From assembly GCF_006345805.1 (NCBI RefSeq), contig NC_043006.1:5642001-5706000 (forward strand): DNA of 64,000 nucleotides. Reading direction: 5' to 3'. Each line of letters starts with the position of its first letter. Positions within the stretch are counted from its first letter, which is position 1. Below are positions 12,693-25,034 of the stretch, in pieces. The notes under the pieces were generated by a model that worked only from the letters and a program-made list of their open reading frames with translations, did not search any database and was not told the origin of the DNA. This DNA comes from Octopus sinensis. Its lineage: Eukaryota. A program made the translations under genes and the position numbers.

Positions 12693-13527
12693 GTACGATG
12701 GTGTTATTTATTAATGGCAGAATCATTACCATTCCAGACAAAATGCTTATCAGCATTTGTTCCAGCTTCGGAGTCTGAGTTTAAATGCTGCTGAGGTTGA
12801 CTTTGCCTTCCGTCCTTTCTGTGTCAATAAAATAGGTACCAGTTGAACACTGGAAGCAATGTAATCAACTAACCACTTCCCACTAAAATTGCTGGCCTTG
12901 TGCCGAAATTTGAAACCATTCTTATCATTGTTATTTGTTAAAATTAGCAAGCTACATTCATCAGGGGTTCAACAGAGCTGAGTTTTCTCTCTGTGAAGAC
13001 CATAATGATTGATTTTGTCCCATTTTATAGCACTAATCTATCAGCTGAGAAAGGAAAGTTTGAAGATACAGCTACAATTGATTTAACTGTAGGAAAATAA
13101 ATAAAAACCTAAAAGAGTATTAAGAAACGTGAAGAATTTTTAATGGATAAATTTAGCTTGTCTACTCTGTCGGAACAATTGTTAAAACAACAGATTAAAA
13201 CTTGTTTGGCCAAAGCTGTTGAGCAAACACTGGTAGCTTGTGGTAAAAGAGCCAGATTAGATAATGTTAACATGAATGTGGAAGACAGTGACAAGACAAT
13301 CACCCAAAGGAGAGAGTGTAGCAATGTGGGAGGAAATAACAGTATTTACTTTCAGACAAGGAGAATTTGCTAGAGAATGTAATTATCTGGTTTAAATTGA
13401 ATTATAGACGTAACGATTTGTGCTGACTGATAGCCGTCTTACCCATGAATAAAGTTCAGTACCTGGGACAGGAATATAATTCTTTGTAATCTACTTCAAG
13501 ACAGGGTTGTTGAAGCCAGCAGTATAC

Positions 13528-13924
13528 CTCTCTTTACTCTTTTACTTGTTTCAGTCATTTGACTGCGGCCATGCTGGAGCACCGCCTTTAGTCGAGCAAC
13601 TCGACCCCGGGACTTATTCTTTTTGTAAGCCCAGTACTTATTCTATCGTTCTCTTTTGCCGAACCGCTAAGTAACGGGGACGTAAACACACCAGCATCGG
13701 TTGTCAAGCAATGCTAGGGGGACAAACACACACACACGCATATATATATATACATATATATGACAGGCTTCTTTCAGTTTCCGTCTACCAAATCCACTCA
13801 CAAGACTTTGGTCGACCCGAGGCTATAGCAGAAGACACTTGCCCAAGATGCCACGCAGTGGGACTGAACCCGGAACCATGTGGTTGGTAAACAAGCTACT
13901 TACCACACAGCCACTCCTGCGCCT
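13528..13924 (-). mobile_element. CORE-like SINE, full length
   Basis: Nearly the same sequence as 7543-7952. Confidence 0.92.
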
Positions 13925-13984
13925 GTTTACATACTGAAAGGTTGATGGTTCATACTCCACTAAATTCTGTTTCCCTGGTTATTT

Positions 13985-14490
13985 TATTCCTTTATTTGCT
14001 TCATTCATTTGATTGTGGCCATGCTGGAGCACTGCCTCAAAGGTTTTAGTCAAATAAATCGACCCCAGGACTTATTTTTTTTTTAATGCCTAGTATTTAT
14101 TCCTGCCATCTTTTTTGCTGAACTTCTAAGTTATGGAGATGTAAACACACCAACACTATTAAGTGGTTAGGGTTACACTTATATACGATGGGTTTCTTTC
14201 AATTTCCGTCCCCCAGATCCAATCACAAGGCTTTGGTCAGTCTGAGGTTATAGTAGAAGGCGGTGAGCTGGCAGAAACGTTAGCACACCGGACAAAATGC
14301 ATAGCTCTATTTCGTCTGCCGTAATGTTCTGAGTTCAAATTCCACCGAGGTCGACTTTGCCTTTCATCCTTTCGGGGTCGATAAATTAAGTACCAGTTAC
14401 GCACTGGGGTTGATATAATCGACTTAATCCGTTTGTTTGTCCTTGTTTGTCCTCTCTGTGTTTAGCCCCTTGTGGGTAGTAAAAGAAATA
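13985..14490. mobile_element. Decayed CORE-like SINE (-) joined to a full Nin/Deu-like SINE (+, 14259-14490)
   Basis: GGCGGTGAGCTGGCAGAAACGTTAGCAC head at 14259 abuts a diverged CORE-like body. Confidence 0.82.
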
Positions 14491-14695
14491 TATAGTAGGT
14501 GTTGTCTCTCAAACCTTTATCAAATATATGAATGAAGAGGTATTCCATAAATGGCAGTAAACTCCTTGTTTAGTTGACCTGTTATTGACGGGTATTGTAT
14601 TTTGTAGCCTGTGCCCAATCGACTCTCAACAAACCAGTATGTGAACCCTACAATGTTGTTGCCAGTTTTGTCACCAACAATCCAACTATGAAATT

Positions 14696-15087
14696 ATCAT
14701 CATCATCATTTAACATCCGCCTTCCATGCTAGCATGGGTTGGACAATTTTGACTGAGGGCTCCAATCTTGATCTGGCAGAGTTTCTACAGCTGGATGCCC
14801 TTCCTAATGCCAACCACTCCAAGAGTGTAGTGGGTCCTTTTTATGTGCGACCAGCACGGGGTTAGTCAGGCGGTACTGGCAATGATCTCACTTGAATCTT
14901 TTTACACATGCCACCAGCACAGGTGCCAATAAGGCAACATTGGTAACGATCACGCTCGAATGGTGCCCTGTTATGTGCCACTGGCATGGAGCAAGTTGGC
15001 TGCTCCGGCAACAATCATGCTCGGATAGTGCTCTTGGCACCCTACTAGCACAGGCACGAGTGCCAGTAAGGCGACACTAGTAACGAT
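14696..15087 (-). mobile_element. Meta-like (GAT)n-tailed retroposon
   Basis: (CAT)n end, CAGCTGGATGCCCTTCCTAATGCCAACC motif, GTGCCA-type internal repeats. Confidence 0.85.
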
Positions 15088-15747
15088 AAATAGGTACTGT
15101 TAATTTAAAGGACTGATTGTAGCATTTCATTTTTGATCTGATCTGACACAAGGATATTTCATAATGACCAAGGACTTTCTACCACTGTATCATTACTATA
15201 TATACAGCTACAAACATAAAATTTGATACAGTTCTTGCTGTCAACAGTGGAAGCATTGTTACTGTGTGCATGCATTGCTGAGGCTCAATGTTCCCATGGG
15301 CATTGATGCAGTGAGGTGGAGCCATTTTTGTCTATCTCCTTTTGCATTTCAAGCAGATGACACTCATGTTTACTATATAACAAACAATTACTCGGTTTTC
15401 TTGATTCAATAATGGTCAGATGAATTCCACTAGTATCTTTGAACAGATTACAAACATTTAAGTGACAAAAAATGATGAAAATTAGATGCAAATATATTAA
15501 GATGTATCAGAGATAATATATTGATAGATCAAAATGGATTATGACTAAATGACCTGCAAATCATTAAAAAATGTCAAGGTTACCTTAAGGACTCTTCATT
15601 ACATGACAATAGAATGATTTCTGTAGAGATTGGCAACTTCTAAAAGTCATGCAGTGGTGCACAGCTTTGTTTATCATCAAAATGTATCCTGGTAGATAAG
15701 TTTGCAAACTGAGAACAAAATAGAACTGAGGACAATATTGGTTGTGA

Positions 15748-16195
15748 TGGTGCCTTAAAGAGCACCATCTGAGTGTGATCGTTACCAGTGTCGCACTACT
15801 GGCACTCGAGCCCCATGCTAGTAGGGTATTAAGAGCACCATCCAAGCGCGATCATTGCCAGAGCGACTATCTGGCCTCTGTGCCGGTGGCACGTAAATGA
15901 CACCATTCGAGCGTGATTGTTACCAGCATCGCCCTACGGGCACCTGTGCCAGTGGCATGAGTAAAAGATTCGAGTGAGGTCATTGCCAGTACCGCCTGAC
16001 TGGCTCCATGCCGGTGGCACATAAAAGCACCCACTACACTCTCGGAGTGGTTGGCATTAGGAAGGGCATCCAGCTGTAGAAACTCTGCCAAATCAAGATT
16101 GAAGTCTGGTGCAGCCATCTGGTTTGCCAGCCCTCAGTCATTTGTCCAACCCATGCTAGCATGGAAAGCAGACGTTAAACGATGATGATGATGAT
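15748..16195 (+). mobile_element. Meta-like (GAT)n-tailed retroposon
   Basis: GGTTGGCATTAGGAAGGGCATCCAGCTGTAGAAAC...GACGTTAAAC(GAT)n. Confidence 0.87.
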
Positions 16196-16716
16196 AATAA
16201 ACATTGAGTTTAGTTAACTTCAGCATTGTTCCTCAGTTGCGTAAAATCCGCTTTTGTTTTTCAGAAAATCTATGCTACCATAAGGAAACTATCAGAAACA
16301 TTTTTGTTAAACAATTTGTACTCTCTTACTTCAACCACCCTTTGTTTGGGGTTCAAAAAATCCTTTATCCATTTACTCAGTTTAAAAAAATATTTTAATC
16401 AATGACATACTTGAAATTCTGACTAAACTAACATCTCTGGAATGCCAAAGCACTGTAAAACAGACATTGTTTATTTGGAAAGTAAATGTACAACTTTGTC
16501 ATTCTGTTATCCTCAGTTAACTAACATTCTGGTCATGCTGGGGCACCATTTAGTTTTGCTCAAATAGACTGACTCCAGTTCTTCTTTCATCATTTTGTAT
16601 TTAACTGCGAACGTTAAAGGGTATAAAGCTACACAACATAAACACCACCACCAGAAATTAGAGCTATGTAAATGTAAACATACAAGCAGTAAAAAGAAAA
16701 TCACAATGTTAAAATA

Positions 16717-17626
16717 CAGGGTGTCCATAAAGTCTATTTACAATTTTAAATTTTTTTTACAAGGGCAGTTGACGATATATCTTAACCAGATTTGTTTTAT
16801 TGTAATAATTGTTTATTAAAGTTTTTTTAGCTGTTATTTAATAGACCTCAGTATGGGCACCATTAGTTGCACGAAGCACATCAAGATAGTACTCGATTTC
16901 TTGCCATGTTCGCTGTAGGATAGCCTCATCAACTGTGGCAATGGCATTACGAATCCTTTGCTTCAAGTCAGCAATGTCCCGTATCTTTGTTTAATACATG
17001 ATATCTTTTACACAACCCCATAAAAAGAAGTCCAAGGGAGTGACATCAGGCAAACGTGGTGGCCATGGACTTGGCCCATCCCTTCCAATCCATTAATCTG
17101 GAAATGTTTGATTGAGGAACTGATGAACATGCCGTCCCCAATGTAGTGGTGCACCATTTTGCTGGAAAATGATGGTTGGTTATAAATCAATCAGTTGTGG
17201 TGCCACATATTCGGTCAGAAGGTCGAGGTAAACATCTGCAGTAATTGTTGCCTCGTTGAAGGAAAATGGACCAATTATTCGATTGCACCTGATTCCACAC
17301 CACACATTCACTTTTGGACTATCCCGTTGAAGCTCCCTAGTCACATGGGAGTATTCTGATCCCCAGATTCTCACATTGTCTGAACATCCGATTTTGTCTC
17401 AATAAACCAGGATACACATTGTACCTTTTCATGAGGAGTAGCCATTTTATAGGGGTTCAGTGAATCAGTTCCCTTCCATCAACAGAGTATCTGAAATACA
17501 AAAATTTAATATCAATAAAAACTTTAATAAACAATTATTAAAATAAAAGAAATCTGGTTAAAATATCTCATGAACTGCCTTTCTAATAATTTTTTTAAAT
17601 TGTAAAGGGACTTTATGGACACCCTG
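16717..17626 (-). mobile_element. Internally deleted Tc1/mariner element, DD41D (rosa/Visitor-like)
   Basis: TA duplications; TIRs of about 110 bp starting CAGGGTGTCCATAAAGTC; transposase remnant inside. Confidence 0.92.
16838..17374 (-). pseudogene. Transposase C-terminal remnant with in-frame stops
   Basis: My translation: SPKVNVWCGI...IIGPF...FQQNGAPLHW...WIGRDGPSPWPPRLPDVTPLDFFLWGCVK; 41 residues between the second and third catalytic positions; 3 internal stops. Confidence 0.9.
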
Positions 17627-17831
17627 TATTTCCATAAAAGAATTTTACAGAACTATTTTCTTTTAATATTTAATACAAGCAGATATGAAAACATACACAT
17701 ATGCAGACACACTACAGATTTCTGTATCTTTTCCATCTACCAAATTCCACTTCAAAGATATTGGTTATCTCAGTAGCTACAATAGAAAATATTTCTGAGA
17801 TGTAGACTAAATCACTCTCATGGTTTAATAC

Positions 17832-18062
17832 CTATTTCTTTATTACCCACAAGGGGCTAAACACAGAGGGGACAAACAAGGACAGACATAGGTATGAAGT
17901 CGATTACATTGACCCCAGTGCATAACTGGTACTTAATTTATCGACCCCGAAAGGATGAAAGGCAAAGTCGACCTTGGCGGAATTTGAACTCACAACGTAA
18001 CACAGACGAAATACCGCTAAGCATTTCGCCCGGCGTGCTAAGGTCTCTGCCAGCTCGCCGCC
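17832..18062 (-). mobile_element. Nin/Deu-like SINE, full length
   Basis: Complete head and body; TTTAATAC flanks both sides. Confidence 0.92.
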
Positions 18063-19423
18063 TTTAATACAACTACCAGTTGACTTTTGAGCTTGTTTAT
18101 CAGGGAGTCCACTCTGTTGCAAATATTTAGGCCAGTTCTCTGGTTTGAAGATGACTACTTTCTGTCCTTCACTTTAATTGTGGTGGCTTTGAAATAAATC
18201 AAAGACACTGCTTTGGTTCTTCTAAATCACTATGGCAGAATGCATCAGTTTTCAAGATTTATATATGATCACATGTTTAAAACATTTTTCATAAGCAGAG
18301 GAGAGCTTAATTATAATTATTTTGTGAAAATAAGTCACTTGTATAAGGATTGTTTGTCAGGAAATAATGGTGTCAGAACTTGCACCATTGAGTCTGTGAA
18401 GGAAATGAAGTTTTACAAACTAAAGATACGAGACTAAAGTTAGATGCTATAAGCACACACATATCTTCATTGAATTCCAAAGTAAAATGTTCTGATTCTG
18501 ACTATGTACTCCCTTATTTCCCTTATTAAGTACAATTAATGTAAGCGCCCAGCAATCAGGTCAAACCACTGAATCACTTCCTTCTCAGTGATATTTCATT
18601 TAATGGCAATGCTCTTGAGAAAGACATGACCCTCACACAATCATGTTCCTCCGAGGTCGACTTTGCCTTTCATCCTTTCAGGGTCAATAAAATATGTACC
18701 AGTTGAACACTGAACTTGATGCAATTGACTTAACCCACTTTCCACTAAAATTGCTGGCCTTGTGCCAAAATCTGAAACCATTACTAAATAGAAATCGTAA
18801 ACTACTCTGATAAACAGATAGTCCTGTCTGCTTGACAATAGGTTATTTTATGCAGCTATGATTCAAGTATTATCACAATAGAACATAAACCTTTTTGATT
18901 TTCACTCTCTTCCTCTCTCTGTCTCGTATCAAATTCACAAAACTTTGTGGAAATCTTTCCAGTCGGGTGCACACCAACACCAGTCTCATTAGTAATGATT
19001 TCTTTCTTCGTTGATATATTCTCAGAGGAAAGGAAATAGAAAATGTGAAGTTGTTGATACTTCTCCTAAAGCATTTAACCATATACCTATGTAAATCAAA
19101 GCCAGCAGGTACACTCAGGTAGCTGTGAGTTTCTACATGGTCATGTAATTCACAAAGTCTCCAGAAACTCTTATTTAAAAAATACTAACCATGCAAATCT
19201 AATAACATAACTATAATAAATACAGGATTATCTTACCTAGATCAATATACACCATTGTCATTATTTCATATAACATTCTGCCTTGTTTAAGGGCAAAACA
19301 AGTTGGTTTCGGGAATTGAAGCCACAACCTTATGCTTGTACATCCAGCAGCTTAATGCAAGGTCATGTCCCTTCACTATAATATATATATATTTACACTC
19401 ACACACTCGTACATTCACTCACT

Positions 19424-19832
19424 ACATCAAAGTGGTTGTTCCATGTTACTACTAGTTTAACCCCAGGTAGATCTTCCACCAGCTGGCTATTGGTGCAGTA
19501 CTGCACCCTATGTGTGTGTGTATATATATATATATATAAAATACAAAATGGGACAAGAACGCAAAACATCCAGATAGACGATACAAAAAACACGGACGGG
19601 TCATTCGAAGCCTTTAATCTTCAGTCAAGAACCGGATCATCTTCGCAATTTCAACTGATTAACCTTGAGATTGCTCCAATCTGGCCAGCCCCAAGGAAAA
19701 ACTAAGCTAAGAACATTAGATTCCTTGGAAAAAAGGCTTCAAATGTATATGAAACAAGGACGGAAAAATGGACGATGTTACACGAATATAAATACAAAAA
19801 TAATACAAAAAAATAATAATAATAATAACAGG

Positions 19833-19876
<44 letters not shown>

Positions 19877-20470
19877 GATATTGCTAGCTGGGTAGCAAAC
19901 CCCTACCATCCTCTGGCAGACAACAGGATCACGAGTCTGACTCAGTTTCAAGCTGGTTGAGTTAGTCTCAGGATCCTGTTGTCTGTTAAAGGATGATAGA
20001 GGTGTGCACCCCCTGCTAACAATATATATGTATATACAGCATGCAGTGCTGCACTGATAACCAGCTGGCAGAAGATCTGCCTAGGGTTAAACTAGTAGTA
20101 ATGTGGAACAGCCACTTTGATGTGACAATTAACTTGTTAGTATAGTTATTACTCTGATTTCTTTTTGAGATTATGCAAAGTCAGTGACTGAAGGTCACTT
20201 TGTTTACAATATATTGCTGGCTGGAGCGGACCCTAACTATTGCTCTGGTGACCAGGTACTCGTAATGGAAGATGAGCCAACCACCTGAAAACTGAGTCAG
20301 TCTCGTGGTCTTGTTGTTTGCTAGAGGATGGTAGGAGTTCACTCTCCCTGCTAGCAATCTATATGTATATACAGGGTGCAGATTTGCCTGGGGCTAAACT
20401 GGAACAGCCGCTTTGATGTGGCAATTAACTTTACTTGTTAGTATAGTTACTGCTTTGATCTCTTCATGAG
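19424..20470. mobile_element. Composite inverted plus tandem repeat, Penelope pseudo-LTR-like
   Basis: 19424-19509 and 19880-19945 are inverted against 19957-20123; 20292-20470 is a direct repeat of the right arm. Confidence 0.7.
19538..19832. mobile_element. Unclassified TA-embedded interspersed repeat
   Basis: AATACAAAATGGGACAAGAACGCAAAAC...; reverse copies at 34925-35078 and 43262-43398, all flanked by (TA)n. Confidence 0.75.
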
Positions 20471-20533
20471 ATTTTGCGACTAGCTGTTTTGCTTATATAT
20501 ATATATATATATATATATCTATATATATATAGT

Positions 20534-20899
20534 AGGTGCAGGAGTGGCTGTGTGGTAAGAAGCTTGCTTCCAAACCACATAGTCCTGGGTTCAGTCCCAC
20601 TGCATGGCACCTTGAGCAAGTGTCTTCTATAGCCTCAGGCCAGCCAAACTCTTGTGAGTAGATTTGGTAGACAGAAGCTGAAAGAAGCCCGTCGTATGTA
20701 TACGTATTTCTGTGTCTGTGTTTGTCCTCCCACCATCGCTTGACACCAATTTTGATGTGTTTACTTCCCTGTAACTTAGCGGTTCAGCAAAATAGACCAA
20801 TAGAATAAGTACTAAGCTTACAAAGAATAAGTCCTGGGGTTGATTTGTTCGACTAAAGGCGGTGCTCCAGTATGGCCACAGTCAAAGAACTGAAACAAG
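20534..20899 (+). mobile_element. CORE-like SINE
   Basis: Head AGGTGCAGGAGTGGCTGTGTGG through the shared tail. Confidence 0.9.
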
Positions 20900-21042
20900 C
20901 ATATATCTATAATGGCTAATAAAACAAATGGTTTACACCTGTTGTTGAGTGTCCCACCCATGAGGAATTGATGGTAGATGTGTCGAAACATTATCTACAA
21001 TGGTAGATAATGAATTCTCGTATATTCCGTCTTCCGTCTGCC

Positions 21043-21077
<35 letters not shown>

Positions 21078-21089
21078 CGTGTGTGTATA

Positions 21090-21391
21090 TCACCGTGACC
21101 GACCAGGCTATCAGATGATGCTACACATCGCTGGTCACAATACGCTTTGCATTGTTTTAGCCTTCAAATGAGGCCACCCCGCTGGCTAAGTGAGCAGGCC
21201 AACAGAAGAAAGAGTGAGAGAAAGCTGTGGTGAAAGAGTACAGCAGGGATCGCCACCACCCCCTGCCAGAGCCTCGTGAAGATTTCAGGTGTTTTTGCTC
21301 AATAAACACTCACAATGCCTGGTCCGGGAATCGAAACCGCGATCCTATGACCATGAGTCCGCTGCCCAAACCACTGGGCCATTGCGCCTCC
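21090..21391 (-). mobile_element. tRNA-derived SINE, head as 4495, alternative tail C
   Basis: Tail CACCGTGACCGACCAGGCTATCAGATG...; also at 42960, 49437 and 55071. Confidence 0.85.
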
Positions 21392-21894
21392 ACACACATA
21401 TATATATACTTATAGTATAAACTTATTTCATCACATACATAGAAGAAGCTTGGCTCTCAAACAAATGCTACATTACACAATAGTTCTATAGTTTTATTAG
21501 GTTTGTTTATGTGCATTAGTATGCCAAGATGTCTGTTTTTCTAACTTGCAAAAGAACTACCATGGTCAATCAGCCATGCGTATTGGTCAGTAAACCCTTT
21601 GGTAATAATTCTTAATAAAATGACATTATAGGACATAAAAATATAAATACAAAAACTATGGAAAGATGTGAAGTTATGTTTCCAAAGTAGGTTGGAAAAT
21701 ATTCTTCAATTATAGCCTATTGAGAAAGAGTCAGGGTTAGCTGAAGGGTCATAGTTTTAACCTGATTTTCTCCTGTCAGGATTTGGGATTAGAATCCCTC
21801 ATTTTTGAGCAAGGCTAGATATGTCTTGTCTATAGTAAAAGAATTCAAGAACAAAAAGACTATTATATATCTGGTTGTTATTTTATTGACAGAA

Positions 21895-22150
21895 TATATA
21901 TATATATACATGTGTGTGTGTGTGTGTGTATATGTTTGCGTGTTTGTGTTTATCCCACCAACATTGCTTGACAACCAATGCTGGGATTTTTACATCCCCA
22001 TAACTTAGCAGTTCAGCTAAAGATAATGATAGAATAATAAATACTAGGCTTACAAAGAATAAGTCCTGGGGTCGGTTTGCTCGACTAAAGGTGGTGCTCC
22101 AGCATGGCCACAGTCAAATGACTGAAACAAGTAAAAGAAAAGAGAAAGAG
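21895..22150 (+). mobile_element. CORE-like SINE, 3' half only
   Basis: Begins in the TA/TG tract and ends with the shared tail. Confidence 0.82.
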
Positions 22151-22670
22151 AGAATCCGTAAAACATTATGAAAATGCTTTGGTAGTATTTGTTTCAGTTC
22201 TTCAATTTCTGAGTTCAATCTCAACTAACATCACCTTTGCCTTTTATCTTTCTGGGATTAATAAAATAAAATACCAGTCAAGTATAAGAATTAATGGTAT
22301 CAACTAATCCCTTCCCTTCAGTACTGCTGGCCTTATACCTAAATCGGAAACCATTATATACCTGGTTCAGTTCCTATGGTAATCCTTTTATACTCTCTTC
22401 TTTGTTATGAATAATGATTTCTTGTATAGCTAGAGAGCCAGTAATTGAGGCCCAAGGATGTAATTGATTTTATTAATACTTATTTAATTGATTTCAATGG
22501 CATAAAAAGCAAAGAAGATCCAAGTGTGTGAACCCAGTTAAGAGGATTGAGACAATCTATGCGTTAGACAGGTTCTCTTGCATCTCGTTTGATCTACATT
22601 CATCTTCATGGTTATAAAATAGTTAAGGCATATAGATATATCAGAACTACAAGAAGAGATTGGTTGAAGT

Positions 22671-22991
22671 CATCATCATCATTATCGTTTAGCCTCCGCT
22701 TTCCATGCTAGCATGGGTTGGACGGTTCAACTGGGGTCTGGGGAGCCAGAAGGCTGCATCAGGCCCAGTCTGATCTGGCAGTGTTTCTACGACTGGATGC
22801 CTTTCCTAATGCCAACCACTTCGTGAATGTAGTGGGTGCTTTTTACGTGCCACCCGCACAGGTGCCAGACGGAGCTGGCAAACAGCCACGAACGGATGGT
22901 GCTTTTTACGTGCCACCGGCATAGGGGCCAGGTGAGACTGGCAACGGCCACGATCGGATGGTGCTTTTTACGTGCCACCGACACGGGGGCC
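22671..22991 (-). mobile_element. Meta-like (GAT)n-tailed retroposon
   Basis: (CAT)n end and GGTGCTTTTTACGTGCCAC repeats. Confidence 0.87.
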
Positions 22992-23049
22992 GGTGGAACT
23001 GAATAATGGTTATGCTACGAAGTATTAAATCAGAATTATCAGTTATTTA

Positions 23050-23249
23050 TGTTCTGTACGAATACTTTTTTTCAGCCCTAAATATTTATGATTGAATATA
23101 AATTCATTATTTACTATAATTTATTAGTTTCTTTTGCATATTCTTAGTTTATGCATGTGTATGCAAATATAGTATTGGTATATCCCATTTATGTTCATTA
23201 GAAATTAAATAAAGAATTTTGACATGTACGAATATTTTTTTCCCCCCAC

Positions 23250-23252
<3 letters not shown>
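23050..23252. mobile_element. Solo end of a Tc1-like element (IR/DR type)
   Basis: Ends CCCCCCACTG; TGTACGAATAYTTTTTT occurs twice (about 23055 and 23225). Confidence 0.5.
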
Positions 23253-23288
<36 letters not shown>

Positions 23289-23289
<1 letters not shown>

Positions 23290-23442
23290 CCAGAGTAAAC
23301 ACATAAATGTGAAACAAGGTGGAAAAAAGAGTACTCAAATACCAGAGGTACAGTAATATGCTTTATTTAAAGTCCAAACAACGGGAACGTGAAACTCCGA
23401 GTAACAGCTTTTGTTAAATTTCTGCTGCTTTTAAATAAAGTG
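23289..23442. mobile_element. TA-embedded element, deleted sibling of 33927-34152
   Basis: Same left end (GAGTAAACACATAAATGTGAAACAAGG) and right end (AATAAAGTG); keeps ACGGGAACGT-GAAACTCCGAGTA-ACAG. Confidence 0.85.
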
Positions 23443-24892
23443 TATATATATATATAAAAATTATATGTACAACATTTAAAGCATATAAATTATGCATAAA
23501 ATAGTTAAGACAAATTATATATAAAAGAGAAAAGATATGAAATAGTTAAGGCATACAAAAGTTACTGTAAACGAAATCTGCACCACTTTGTCTTCAATGA
23601 TAGTCAACTACTTTTTTGTGGATTTAAAAATAAGAATAAGTATCTCCCAGCAAAATTTAATTATGCCTATATATTACTAGGTCTCTGATGTAATCCTATA
23701 TGAAGTTAATGTCATGTAAGCAAGTTTGTTAAAGGCAAACACTTGTTTAACATGTGTGTATAGACATAGTATAAAGATATATATATTTTAACAGAAAGCT
23801 ATCTGTAGCTGAGATGTGTTGGTTTCAGCAACTTCTCAGATCTGACAGGACATAAATAAATAATGTTATAATTTAAATTAGGAAGCAAAGCAACTGAAAT
23901 AACAGACACTTGCTTCAACTTTGCTATGTTAACTTCACATTTAACCAACCACCACCTGACCAAACTGAATACAAATGATTCATAAGGTTAATTTTAAACT
24001 ACAATTTAACCTAGTTTAAACTTTTCATATCATTGTTATCCCTGATTAGTTTCTAAAAGAGAATATTAATGTCTCTGCTTAGAAATATCAAAAGCTGGGC
24101 GTTTTTATTTTACCTATCATTTATTTGGTTGGTAAAAACTCAATGAAGGAATTAGTTTTGACACTGTAGTTGATGTTGTTGACCTACTTAGAAATTACCA
24201 TTTCTCTCTTTTTTTTTTTATATGTTTAAATATTTTCGTTAATGGAGATGTTTATTATTTGTTAATTGTAATTAAAATGGGCCAAAGCTGGCAGCATCAT
24301 TAACACACTGGATAAACTACTTAGTGGTATTTCATGTCTCTATGTTCTGAGTTCAAATTCTGCTGAAGTTGACATTACCTTTCACCAATGAAATAAATAC
24401 CAGTAAATCATTGGAGAATCAATGTAACTGACTAGACCCCCACCCACACTCTGCTAACATTTCAGCCCTTGTGTCTGTAGTAGAAAGGATTACTAACTAA
24501 TCATGTGAGTATATGGGTTCATTCTGCCATTCCTTAATAGCCCTTTTTGTAATTTTGTACCTGAAGCAGGGATACACTTTTATCATATTCTTCCACAGAA
24601 GCCACTTTTGTTGCTGAATCTGTTACATTAAACAATTAAGTGAAACTGATAAAGTTTTTTATTAGTCTTAGAAACAATTGTCCAAAATTGTTGATAGTAT
24701 AACAAGGTTGATAATTCAAAATGGGGAGGTCTTAAAGTTTAAACCCCAGTGGCATTATGTTATTTACTTTTATTGCCATCCTTTAGGCTTCATGTATTTT
24801 TGGTAAATCAGGTTATTGAGGGCTAAATTAACATCTCTTGAATCGGTTAACCTTTTTAGAATCGAGTCAACTTCACTAGATATTTACAATGT

Positions 24893-25034
24893 AGGCGTAG
24901 GAGTGGCTGTGTGGTACATAGCTTGCTTACCAACCACATGGTTCCAGGTTCAGTTCCACTGTGTGACACCTTGGGCAAGTGTCTTCTACTATGGCCTTGG
25001 ACCAACTAAAGCCTTGTGAGTGGATTTGGTAGAC
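24893..25034 (+). mobile_element. CORE-like SINE, 5' portion
   Basis: Head and CCTTGGGCAAGTG motif, then truncated. Confidence 0.85.

Noticed and set aside
20985-21012. GAAA followed by a perfect 10-bp hairpin as a hammerhead
   Set aside because: No UH cleavage site after the stem, no intact CTGANGA and no stem I.
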